From a virus (lineage: Duplodnaviria > Caudoviricetes): a DNA stretch of 64,000 nt. Of this stretch, positions 30,054 to 38,877 are shown one piece after another. A program made the position numbers and the translations under genes. Below the pieces are notes generated by a model. It ran no database searches and was not told the DNA's origin. It saw nothing but the letters and a program-made list of their open reading frames with translations. The number at the start of each line of letters is the position of its first letter. Position 1 is the stretch's first letter. The stretch covers positions 32,001 to 96,000 of the IMG/VR virus record IMGVR_UViG_3300025715_000014, one strand, 5' to 3'.

Positions 30054-30420
30054 AGAGATCCTTTTTTCCAAAAATAGAAAATTGTATAATACAATATTGG
30101 ATTATATAAAAAATATAGATCCAGAATCAATTCGATATGAAGAAAATAACACTTATTCTAATTTAGAAACATCTACTTATTCTATCGTTATAAAAAGTGA
30201 AACCGCAGACGATGATAATGATCCTTGGGGAGAAGAATTAAACAAAAATGATATACCTATAATTATTAGTAAACACACATATTATTCACCACCATTCACC
30301 ACAGAATTCGGTGGTGGAGAAGATTATTTTGTTGTCATAAATAATAAAAAACAAGACCTATATCAACACGAAATCAGAAATTTATATAACAAGTTGGAAA
30401 GAAAATATTTGAAAAAATAA
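30031..30420 (+). CDS. putative internal head protein, tandem paralog B
   Basis: 5' end nearly identical to paralog A; NDPWGEE. Confidence 0.7.
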   Translation: MKHLKLYEEILFSKNRKLYNTILDYIKNIDPESIRYEENNTYSNLETSTYSIVIKSETADDDNDPWGEELNKNDIPIIISKHTYYSPPFTTEFGGGEDYFVVINNKKQDLYQHEIRNLYNKLERKYLKK

Positions 30421-30433
30421 GAAATAAAAAAAT

Positions 30434-30961
30434 ATGATTAAAACCGAAAAAACCAAAGAAGTATCGTCTTCGAACTTTATGACCACTAAAAAAATAGATG
30501 AGATCATAAATAAGGAGCGTCTTGCGTTACAATTAAAACGCTCGGAGCATATTTGGTTTATGGGAAAAGAGGGTGTCAGAAGAAAAGGCATAAAATTTTC
30601 CATGACACAAGAAGAAGCCGTTGAATACATTAAATGCAAATTATCTGTCTATTATTTTGCCGAGCATTTTTGTAAAATAAAACTCGAAGATGGCACTGTT
30701 GGTCAGATGAAACTTCGCGATTATCAAAAGGATATAATAAAACTTTATACAGAAAATAGATACAGTATATTAATGGCAAGCCGGCAGATTGGAAAATGTA
30801 TCTCATTGACTACCAAGCTTTTATGCAAAAATAATACTGCAGATGAACCATTTTCCATATGTATAGGAGAATTATATTACAAAGAATTAAAGAAAACTCA
30901 CCATTTAAATGTTTTTGAGAAATCAAAATTATTTTTATATAAAATTTTAAAAAAATTATAA
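30434..30961 (+). CDS. terL: terminase large subunit N-terminal fragment fused to a split-intein N-half
   Basis: EYIKC..YFAEHFCKI..LRDYQ..ASRQIGK then CISLTTKL (Cys at 30797) and a stop 54 aa later. Confidence 0.82.
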   Translation: MIKTEKTKEVSSSNFMTTKKIDEIINKERLALQLKRSEHIWFMGKEGVRRKGIKFSMTQEEAVEYIKCKLSVYYFAEHFCKIKLEDGTVGQMKLRDYQKDIIKLYTENRYSILMASRQIGKCISLTTKLLCKNNTADEPFSICIGELYYKELKKTHHLNVFEKSKLFLYKILKKL

Positions 30962-31022
30962 ATAATCTTACTTTTTTGTCTTTATGCCATAAGAACTTTT
31001 ATATATAGAATAAAAAACTCTT

Positions 31023-31991
31023 ATGGAAAAAGAAGATTTAATAACTTGTAAAATTTGTGGCAAACAATCCACTAGAATTTATGGTGCCCATTTAAAATCA
31101 CACGGTCTAACATCCAAAGAATATTTGAATATGTATCCAGGCTCACCTCTTTATACAGAATCGGATAACAAGAAGACTACAAAAAATAGTGGAAAACATA
31201 TGAAACAGGAAAAATATAAAAAAATGTTTTCTGAAATGTTTGGCGGTGACAACAACCCAAATAGTAAATCTAAAACTACAGAAGAGGAAAGAAAACAAAG
31301 AAGCCCATTTTCTAAATCTTTTATAAAATATAAAAATGAAAACGAAGCTTTGGATTTTGCTAGAAAAATTCAGAAAAATATACCAGCTGATAAAAGACCA
31401 ACAAAAATAGAATATTATTTAAACAAAGGATTCAGTAAAGAAGAATCAGAAAAAATGTTATCAGAAAGACAGAAAACATTTACTTTAGAAAAATGTGTAG
31501 AAAAATATGGAGAAGAAAAAGGTAAGGAAGTATTTCAAGCTAGACAAGAAAAATGGCAACATAGTTTAACAAAAAATGGTAATTTGAAATCTGGATTCTC
31601 TAAATCCTCTCAGAAACTATTTTATAAAATCTTAGAAAATTATGATTATAAAGAACATAAATATATATTCTTCGCCACAAAAAACAAGGAAATAAACTTA
31701 CCAAAAGAAAATGGAGGAGTTTGGATTTATGATTTCGCTGACACAAAAAGAATGAAAATCATAGAATATAATGGTGATGAATATCATGCTAATCCAAAAT
31801 ATTTTGAAAAAGATGATATATCACATCCGTTTAGAAAACAATATACAGCAGAACAAATATGGGAAAAAGATAGTAAAAAAATAGAATCGGCCAATAATAA
31901 AGGATTTGAAGTATTGACTATATGGGATTCGGATTATCGTCATAGACCAGATCTCACTCTCCAAAAATGTTTAGATTTTCTTAAAATTTGA
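31023..31991 (+). CDS. free-standing Vsr-like homing endonuclease
   Basis: CKICG..HLKSHG Zn finger, NUMOD3-like GDNNPN, YDF..IIEYNGDEYHAN..VLTIWDSD. Confidence 0.8.
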   Translation: MEKEDLITCKICGKQSTRIYGAHLKSHGLTSKEYLNMYPGSPLYTESDNKKTTKNSGKHMKQEKYKKMFSEMFGGDNNPNSKSKTTEEERKQRSPFSKSFIKYKNENEALDFARKIQKNIPADKRPTKIEYYLNKGFSKEESEKMLSERQKTFTLEKCVEKYGEEKGKEVFQARQEKWQHSLTKNGNLKSGFSKSSQKLFYKILENYDYKEHKYIFFATKNKEINLPKENGGVWIYDFADTKRMKIIEYNGDEYHANPKYFEKDDISHPFRKQYTAEQIWEKDSKKIESANNKGFEVLTIWDSDYRHRPDLTLQKCLDFLKI

Positions 31992-33012
31992 CTAAAAAAA
32001 TTCTATTTTATACTTATATTTTATCGACTCCAATTGTCTGTCATCCAATTTCTTTTTAATATCATATTTCATACCAACACCATTGTCAATTACCAATAAT
32101 ATATCTTTATCTTTTAAAAAATCTATATCATAGGAATTAATGTTGAACCAATTTATTCCAAGACTCTGATGAAAAAATATCTCCCCATTCTGGTATAGTT
32201 TTATATCAATGTTTTCGTTGGTATTATTTAGAAAGAAAGAATATATTCTATTTGGTTCCGCATCATTATAATAAAAAACATTATTTAGAAAATGATCGTC
32301 GTTTTTGCTCAATTTATTTATTGTGCTATCTGTCATTCTATTCAAAACATCAACATGGGGCTTTAAAAGAAAATTTTCAGATAAATGATTAAATTTCATA
32401 TAAAAGAAAAGTTCAAAAGCGTGCGTGTTTAAAACCGTATCTTTCAACCATTCTTCATACCATATTGGAAGTTTTAAATTGTTTACGAAATATTCTGGGT
32501 TGCCAGCAAAAATAGTAGATATATAATGGTTCATGTTCTTGAAATCATCTCTTTTAGGTCCTTCAAGGAACATCATTTTTTTATTGTTGTTCATCATTTC
32601 ATTTTTCAATTCTCTAATCACATCTTTGGATTTGTCTCCCAATATGTTATCTCCTTCTATATAAGCGAAGAACTCATAATTCAATCCCTTAGCTAATGTT
32701 GCTCCAAGATAAACATTTCTATAAATATCGAAATGATAGGCGTTATCAAATTTAGCTGAAACTCTAAAATTTTGAGTAGCGTAAAAAAATCCTTCAAACG
32801 TGTCCGTATTATTTTCATAATCAAAAAAAGATTTAATATCGTGAAAATCATAAATAATCTGCCAATTCAAACACACTTTTTTCTATTTTAAAATTGGAAA
32901 CTAATATAATATCAAAATCTGGAGATCGCAAATTCTCTAAGACTTCTTTTAAAACTTCCATTCTTTTGTTGTCTGATGGATAAGTGGATACAATAAAAAC
33001 ATTCTTATTCAT
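31992..33012 (-). pseudogene. frameshifted gene, possibly glycosyltransferase-like
   Basis: ATG at 33012 gives MNKNVFIVSTYP..DIILVSN..ELADY, then shifts near 32855 into the 294-aa ORF (IYDFHD..FAYIEGDN). Confidence 0.6.
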
Positions 33013-33086
33013 TCTTTTTCAGTTTTTTTTATTTTTAGATGTTTAAAAATATTTTGTTTAAAAAAAATAATATATAGAAATTAAGT

Positions 33087-33452
33087 ATGAAACATTTAAA
33101 ATTATATGAACAATTTGATTTCGAAGACTTGTCAGAAGAGGATCTTTTTGGCCAAAATAAATGGACATTAACCGAGTTTCTAGAACTCGATGGAACAGTC
33201 ACCTATTATATAATTCAAGAATATATAGATGATAACACTGTTGTCCTATATAACGATTTTTATTTTTCCAGATATGTTGATCGTCGTTTTAAAAAAATCT
33301 CCGTTATTGATAAAAATTCTGAAATAAGTGTATATGATGAAAATATGATATATAAAAAAAGAAGAGTTCCAATAAGTTTTTCTTTTGCTTCTGTGAAATT
33401 TGAAGATTTGGCAGATGATGTTAAAAAAAGGTTAGATATTAAAGTGATATGA
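33087..33452 (+). CDS. putative internal head protein
   Basis: MKHLKLYEQFDFEDLSEEDLFG leader. Confidence 0.7.
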   Translation: MKHLKLYEQFDFEDLSEEDLFGQNKWTLTEFLELDGTVTYYIIQEYIDDNTVVLYNDFYFSRYVDRRFKKISVIDKNSEISVYDENMIYKKRRVPISFSFASVKFEDLADDVKKRLDIKVI

Positions 33453-33835
33453 AACATTTAAAATTATACGAGCAATTTGATTTCGATGATTTGTCGGACG
33501 AAGAACTTTTTGGTAAAGAAATAAAAAGAAATCTCATTAAAGGCGCAGAAGGTTATTATGCCATTGAATGGAGAAATTTAATGTCTCGAGTAATCCCTAG
33601 GGAGAATGAAAGACTTTATTTATATAAAGATTATGATTGGATTAATGTTAAATATTATAATGATCATATTGTGGATTCACATGAATTCTTTAATATTAAT
33701 GAATTAAATGATAATGATATTGTAATGATATGTGACAATAAGATGAAAGATATTAGAACGATATGGCATAGAATTAGAAAAAAAGATCTACCTGAAAATA
33801 TAAAAAAAGAAATAAATGATTTAAATTTTTTATGA
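33449..33835 (+). CDS. putative internal head protein
   Basis: MKHLKLYEQFDFDDLSDEELFG leader; ATGA overlap. Confidence 0.7.
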   Translation: MKHLKLYEQFDFDDLSDEELFGKEIKRNLIKGAEGYYAIEWRNLMSRVIPRENERLYLYKDYDWINVKYYNDHIVDSHEFFNINELNDNDIVMICDNKMKDIRTIWHRIRKKDLPENIKKEINDLNFL

Positions 33836-34248
33836 AACATTTAAAATTATACGAACAATATTCACCTGTTAATTTCTCAAAAGATGGAGTTCTAACAATA
33901 GTTGGATTTCATGATGACGTTATAGTAGAATTGGATATAGAGATCGCCAACACGCCACAAAAAAGATCAACAGGTCTGATGTTTAGAGAATATTTACCAA
34001 AAAGAAGTGGTATGTTTTTTATATTCGATAGAAGTGAAAAATTATCATTTTGGATGAAGAATACAATAATGCCACTTGATATTATTTTTATAAATAGTGA
34101 ATTTGTTATTGTTGATATATATAAGGGGGCTGAACCATATTCTTTAAAAAGAATAGTCCCATCTGAATTATCAAAATATGTTTTGGAAGTTCCGGCTGGA
34201 TTTGTTTTGGATTATGGTATAAAAAAAGGACATAAAATAAAAATTTAG
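33832..34248 (+). CDS. DUF192-family protein with head leader
   Basis: EIANTP..R..GLMFR..GMFFIF..FWMKNT..PLDIIFI..YVLEVPAG. Confidence 0.85.
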   Translation: MKHLKLYEQYSPVNFSKDGVLTIVGFHDDVIVELDIEIANTPQKRSTGLMFREYLPKRSGMFFIFDRSEKLSFWMKNTIMPLDIIFINSEFVIVDIYKGAEPYSLKRIVPSELSKYVLEVPAGFVLDYGIKKGHKIKI

Positions 34249-34250
34249 AT

Positions 34251-35552
34251 ATGAGAAATTTTGAACGTATTTTTTATGATGCCCCAAATAAATTTTGTAT
34301 TAAATTTTCAGATCACAAAACCTATAAAGATTTTTTAGTTTTTTTAGAAGAAAAAGGATTTTCGTGGGCGGCTAATGGAGAAAAGCCAACAGCGAGAGAT
34401 TACTATATAGAAGGCAATGAAGAAAGGAATGTTATAGGGGTCGAAAAATTTACTAAACATGTTTGGAATAATTTTTTTGGAGAAATTTTTGATTCTAGAA
34501 AAGCAAGAAAACAAAATTTAGAAGAAGATCCCTGGGATGAGGAAAATTGGGGATTTTTAGATGAATCTAACAATTTTGATAGTTTTAAACATATTTTTGA
34601 TACTACACCAGATGAATTTTGTGTAAAATTTTCAGATCCCATATCTTATAAAAATTTTTTAGCTTTTTTGGAGGATGAAGGATTTTTGTGGGGAGGTTCC
34701 CTAGGCAGACCAACATCACTTAATTATTGGTATGAAGACTGTATTTTTAAATTTGTGGGCGTGGAGAAATCTAAGAAATATGTATGGAACAATGAGATGG
34801 ACACAATAGTAACTTTTGATGATAATATAAAAAAGAGGAAACTAAATCTAGAGAACGATCCCTGGGGTGAAGAAGACTGGGGATATGTTGAAGAAAGAAT
34901 GATAAATGAGAATAAAGAAGAATATATCATTGGCGATGTAGTCAAGCTTGGTGGAGAAGTAGATTCTTATAAACTAGAAAATATCACTGGAACCATACAT
35001 AGGATAATCGAAAGATGTGGTGGAATACATATTAATTCGGATATTCATGGAAATATAAAAGGATTTTATACTGGATTAGCTTATTTTATAAAAGAAATAG
35101 ATTGGTGGGTATCTCCTTACAATATAATCGGACCAAAGACCGATATAAAAAGAAAACATAACTTAGAGGATGATCCTTGGGGTGAAGAGAACTGGGGGTG
35201 GGAAGAAATAAAAGAGTCTGACAATTTTGATAGTTTTGAAAATATTTTTGATAATGCCCCAGATAAATTTAGTATTAGATTTTCAGAAAAGGAGTCTTAT
35301 AAAAATTTTTTAGTTTTTTTGGAAAATAAAGGATTTTTCTGGGGAGGCAGCGGTCAATACCCAACAATGCGAAATTATTGGTATGGAATTAATAGGTACA
35401 TAGGTGTAGTAAAATCTGAAAGAAAAATATGGGATCAACCAGTTGGTGAGGTTTATGATTACGATAAAACTTTGACCAATAAAAAAAGAAAACATAACTT
35501 AGAGGACGATCCTTGGGGTGAAGAAGACTGGGGATATTTAGATGAAGATTAG
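34251..35552 (+). CDS. four-module repeat protein, each module ending in DPWGEExWG
   Basis: Three copies of FE.IF..P..F.I.FS...YK.FL.FLE..GF.W plus one unrelated module. Confidence 0.8.
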   Translation: MRNFERIFYDAPNKFCIKFSDHKTYKDFLVFLEEKGFSWAANGEKPTARDYYIEGNEERNVIGVEKFTKHVWNNFFGEIFDSRKARKQNLEEDPWDEENWGFLDESNNFDSFKHIFDTTPDEFCVKFSDPISYKNFLAFLEDEGFLWGGSLGRPTSLNYWYEDCIFKFVGVEKSKKYVWNNEMDTIVTFDDNIKKRKLNLENDPWGEEDWGYVEERMINENKEEYIIGDVVKLGGEVDSYKLENITGTIHRIIERCGGIHINSDIHGNIKGFYTGLAYFIKEIDWWVSPYNIIGPKTDIKRKHNLEDDPWGEENWGWEEIKESDNFDSFENIFDNAPDKFSIRFSEKESYKNFLVFLENKGFFWGGSGQYPTMRNYWYGINRYIGVVKSERKIWDQPVGEVYDYDKTLTNKKRKHNLEDDPWGEEDWGYLDED

Positions 35553-35917
35553 CTCATAACCATATAATAATTATAACCTTTTATCGTAAAGTTCAAATAA
35601 AGTATATCCCGATATTCTCCTTCATATAATTTTAAATCCAGCGTATATCCAACTTCATTCAACTCAGGTATATAAGTGCTTATTTGCTCTGTTATATTGT
35701 TTCTTATTTCCGTATCTGGAACTTTGGTGCTCCATAAATAATATTCTAGATCGCATCCCATGCCAGGATCACCAAATAGTGAACCTTTATTAGAAAATAA
35801 GATCATTTCTAATTTTTGAACCATCACTTCAATTAAATCATTTTCTACAATTTTTTTATCGTTGTATCTCGGGTGTCCTTCATACTTAACATAAATATCA
35901 CTAAAATTTAAAGGCAT
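35549..35917 (-). CDS. baseplate wedge protein (gp25-like)
   Basis: LEMILFSNKGSLFGDPGMGCDLEYYLW..I.EQI..YIP; probable start MPLNF. Confidence 0.75.
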   Translation of the reverse strand: MPLNFSDIYVKYEGHPRYNDKKIVENDLIEVMVQKLEMILFSNKGSLFGDPGMGCDLEYYLWSTKVPDTEIRNNITEQISTYIPELNEVGYTLDLKLYEGEYRDILYLNFTIKGYNYYMVMS

Positions 35918-35983
35918 TAATTTTGGATTATTATTTTTGAATATATATATTAAAACCTGGCTCACAGAAAAAAAAATATTTTT

Positions 35984-36250
35984 ATGGTAAGCATATCAAT
36001 AGTAGATTATATAGGAAAGGTTAAAGATGGAGTGGCTATATTATTATCATTAAATATAGATGACAACATATATCAAATGGTTTTTTGGTTTAATAAAGAA
36101 AGTAGGTATGTCTTAAATGTTGATGATGATCTGTTGAAATTACTAGGTGTTGAAAAAATATATGATTACGAACATCTTAATGATATATTGGAAAAAATAT
36201 TTAAAATTTTACCGCCAGTTAAAGATATTTTTAATAAATTTGGAGTTTAA
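35984..36250 (+). CDS. hypothetical protein
   Basis: 88-aa ORF. Confidence 0.65.
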   Translation: MVSISIVDYIGKVKDGVAILLSLNIDDNIYQMVFWFNKESRYVLNVDDDLLKLLGVEKIYDYEHLNDILEKIFKILPPVKDIFNKFGV

Positions 36251-36258
36251 AGAAATTT

Positions 36259-36894
36259 GTGATGGAAAATAGAGTAAAATATCCTAGAACAAAACATGTT
36301 CCATTTAGTTTGGGAGCTGGAAAGGATGATCTTTTTCATAAAGATTTGAAATTCTTTGATGGAAGAGAAATCGCCTTGAGTGAGAAGTTAGACGGCGAAA
36401 ATACAACTCTTTACAGAGATCATATACATGCTCGATCATTAGATAGTGTTGATCATCCATCACGCCACTGGGTCAAGGGATTATGGGGAAGTATGAAATA
36501 TGAGATACCTGATGGTTGGAGAATATGTGGTGAAAATTTATATGCTACCCACAGCATCCATTATACAGATCTGCCGTCATATTTTATGGTTCTTTCCATA
36601 TGGGATGAAAACAATGTTTGTTTATCATTAGATGACACATTGACAATATGTGATTATTTAAAATTGGAACACGTTCCCATACTTTGGCGTGGAATATTTA
36701 ATGAAGAATTTATTAAAAATTTTAAATTAGATTTAACAATCAACGAGGGATATGTTATTCGGGTAACAGATTCTTTTTCTTATGATGATTTTGATACATC
36801 TGTTGCGAAATTTGTGAGAAAAGGTCATGTCACCACAGATGATCATTGGATGTATAAGAAAGTAGTTCCAAATGAGCTAAAACCTAAAAATTGA
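36259..36894 (+). CDS. RNA ligase family nucleotidyltransferase
   Basis: KYPRT.H, EKLDGEN (motif I), CGEN, EGYVIR, AKFVR. Confidence 0.88.
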   Translation: MMENRVKYPRTKHVPFSLGAGKDDLFHKDLKFFDGREIALSEKLDGENTTLYRDHIHARSLDSVDHPSRHWVKGLWGSMKYEIPDGWRICGENLYATHSIHYTDLPSYFMVLSIWDENNVCLSLDDTLTICDYLKLEHVPILWRGIFNEEFIKNFKLDLTINEGYVIRVTDSFSYDDFDTSVAKFVRKGHVTTDDHWMYKKVVPNELKPKN

Positions 36895-36950
36895 AAATTT
36901 GATTATTCCTTGAATGAAAATTCAGGGATTTTTTTTAATATATAAATACT

Positions 36951-37298
36951 ATGAAGCATTTAAAATTATACGAAAACCAAGAAAAATTTCTTTCCAAAGA
37001 GTTTTCTATTTATGATCTTAATGAAAAATATCGGCGTGAGGTTATAATAATGTTAGTAACAAATAATACAAAAAACAAATATGTTGAATTTTACACTTAT
37101 CCAGAATACGAGAAAAAAGAAATATTTGTTAAAGAAGTTTATGAAAAAAGAATTTATAATAAAACTACAAATAAAATTGAATGGGAGTTCTATTTCATAG
37201 ATGACAAAGGAGTTGAATATCGTGTTTCAACATCAAGAAGAAAAATCAAATGTTATGCTATCAGAAATGAGGATGATCCTTGGCTTGAAGATTCTTAA
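36951..37298 (+). CDS. putative internal head protein with C-terminal DDPWLED tag
   Basis: MKHLKLYEN leader. Confidence 0.7.
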   Translation: MKHLKLYENQEKFLSKEFSIYDLNEKYRREVIIMLVTNNTKNKYVEFYTYPEYEKKEIFVKEVYEKRIYNKTTNKIEWEFYFIDDKGVEYRVSTSRRKIKCYAIRNEDDPWLEDS

Positions 37299-37321
37299 AA
37301 ACAAAATAAAAAACCCGTTTT

Positions 37322-37654
37322 TCAGAACGGGCTTTTAAAGTTTGGCATGTTGAAATTCGGTGGAGTAAAACCTTTTGACATTTTGTTTACATCTGGCATA
37401 TTCATTTTCTGTTGTCTCTCTTCTTCTTCGTGTCGCTTCTTTTCTTCTTCATTCTTCTTATTCAACAATTTAATATATTCTTCAAATTCATAATAAGGCC
37501 ATGTGTCTACTACTGTTGTTGGCATGCGTAGCTGATTCATAAATTCAAATTTGTTGCTAATTAAATTATCCCATGAAACTTGAAAGACCGAAAAGATCTT
37601 CATTTCATATTCTTCAGCTCGATTTCTTAGCCATTCGTTCAAATGGAGTGACAC
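37322..37654 (-). CDS. baseplate hub assembly protein (gp51-like); start uncertain
   Basis: NKFEFM..VDTWPYYEFEEYIKLL..NEEE; follows the gp26-like gene. Confidence 0.65.
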   Translation of the reverse strand: MSLHLNEWLRNRAEEYEMKIFSVFQVSWDNLISNKFEFMNQLRMPTTVVDTWPYYEFEEYIKLLNKKNEEEKKRHEEEERQQKMNMPDVNKMSKGFTPPNFNMPNFKSPF

Positions 37655-38573
37655 TTGGTTTGAATATACTTGAGGCCCCTTTGGGAAAGGTCATGTCAGC
37701 GTGGACCTCCTCGCCACAAACAGGACAAGTTGATTTCAACTCTTTTATACCAAATAACATTTTTCCAACAACTTCATCCAATAATAAGAATGTTTCCATA
37801 TCCATATTTTTGAATTCTTCTTCTTTTGCTTTTATTCCATCATCTGTGATTGATTTTCTATCCCATAAAGTAAAAGGTATAATTTTTAGAAAAGCGACAT
37901 TTGGAGTTTTGTCTGTTTGAACTTTTTCACGTATATTCTTGAAGAATATCTCTTGTATGCTGATGCTAGGCGGAGCCAATTTATACAATTTTTCATTTAT
38001 CACAAAATCAAAAGTTCGATCTGTCTTGTTGAAAAATGGTTCAAGCTCTGGATCCATATCATAATTGATAAATGTTTTTGGACTATCTGGTCCAGGTGTC
38101 GATCGGAACTGGATTTTAAATTCATTTTTACAATTTTGACATGTCACATCTTTTGATAAGTTACTATTTTTCTGAAATGTTAATTCACGTATCATAAATA
38201 TCAAAAACAGCCTGTCATTATCTTTCAAATCTTTATAATTGCCTGTTGTGCCATTCGGATTTTTTATTCTAACACATTTGCCCAACATATCATTCATTTT
38301 TTCTGTAACGTCAAGAAAATTGTTATCATCTATTGATGAGTATGCTTGCACGTCAGCAACGCTTGCCGCTTTAATCATAACCAATGTTCCCGGTTTATAA
38401 AATAAACCAGCTGGTAACAAACTCAGATCAACGGTTATAAAATTCATTGTATCGACATTATTTGTTCCATAAAAATTTTCTTTTGGAACATCTTCATTTT
38501 TTAGAGCTCTATTTTGATCGGTTATAAAACGTTCAAGAGCGTCTTTTTCTTCTTTTTTTTCTTTATCTGCCAT
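37614..38573 (-). CDS. baseplate hub subunit (gp26-like)
   Basis: LPAGLFY, DRLFLIFMIRELTF, two CxxC pairs (CQNC, CPVCG). Confidence 0.7.
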   Translation of the reverse strand: MADKEKKEEKDALERFITDQNRALKNEDVPKENFYGTNNVDTMNFITVDLSLLPAGLFYKPGTLVMIKAASVADVQAYSSIDDNNFLDVTEKMNDMLGKCVRIKNPNGTTGNYKDLKDNDRLFLIFMIRELTFQKNSNLSKDVTCQNCKNEFKIQFRSTPGPDSPKTFINYDMDPELEPFFNKTDRTFDFVINEKLYKLAPPSISIQEIFFKNIREKVQTDKTPNVAFLKIIPFTLWDRKSITDDGIKAKEEEFKNMDMETFLLLDEVVGKMLFGIKELKSTCPVCGEEVHADMTFPKGASSIFKPSVTPFERMAKKSS

Positions 38574-38721
38574 AAAAATTAATATTTTTTATTAATATAT
38601 ATAAAACCCCCCAGGTCCTAAATAATTTTTTTATATATTTTAACTATATTTCTTATAAAGAAATATGACAAATAAGAAAAATATGACTTTTTTAAATTAA
38701 TATATATAAATAAAAAAACCG

Positions 38722-38877
38722 ATGATAAATAAGAATAAAATAACAATAACTCTAGATAAAGATATTATCGAAACACTCAACAAATTATCAGATAAACAAA
38801 GTATTAATAAAAGTAAATTCATCAACAAAATAATAAAAGAATACTTGGATAGAAATGATATTGACAGAAAAAATTAA
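38722..38877 (+). CDS. ribbon-helix-helix DNA-binding protein, 51 aa (not in ORF track)
   Basis: MINKNKITITLDKDIIETLNKLSDKQSINKSKFINKIIKEYL; overlaps the endonuclease start. Confidence 0.75.
   Translation: MINKNKITITLDKDIIETLNKLSDKQSINKSKFINKIIKEYLDRNDIDRKN

Noticed and set aside
34500-35540. CRISPR array or DGR template/variable repeats
   Set aside because: The repeats are in-frame coding motifs ~300 nt apart with synonymous variation; no cas or reverse transcriptase gene is in the window
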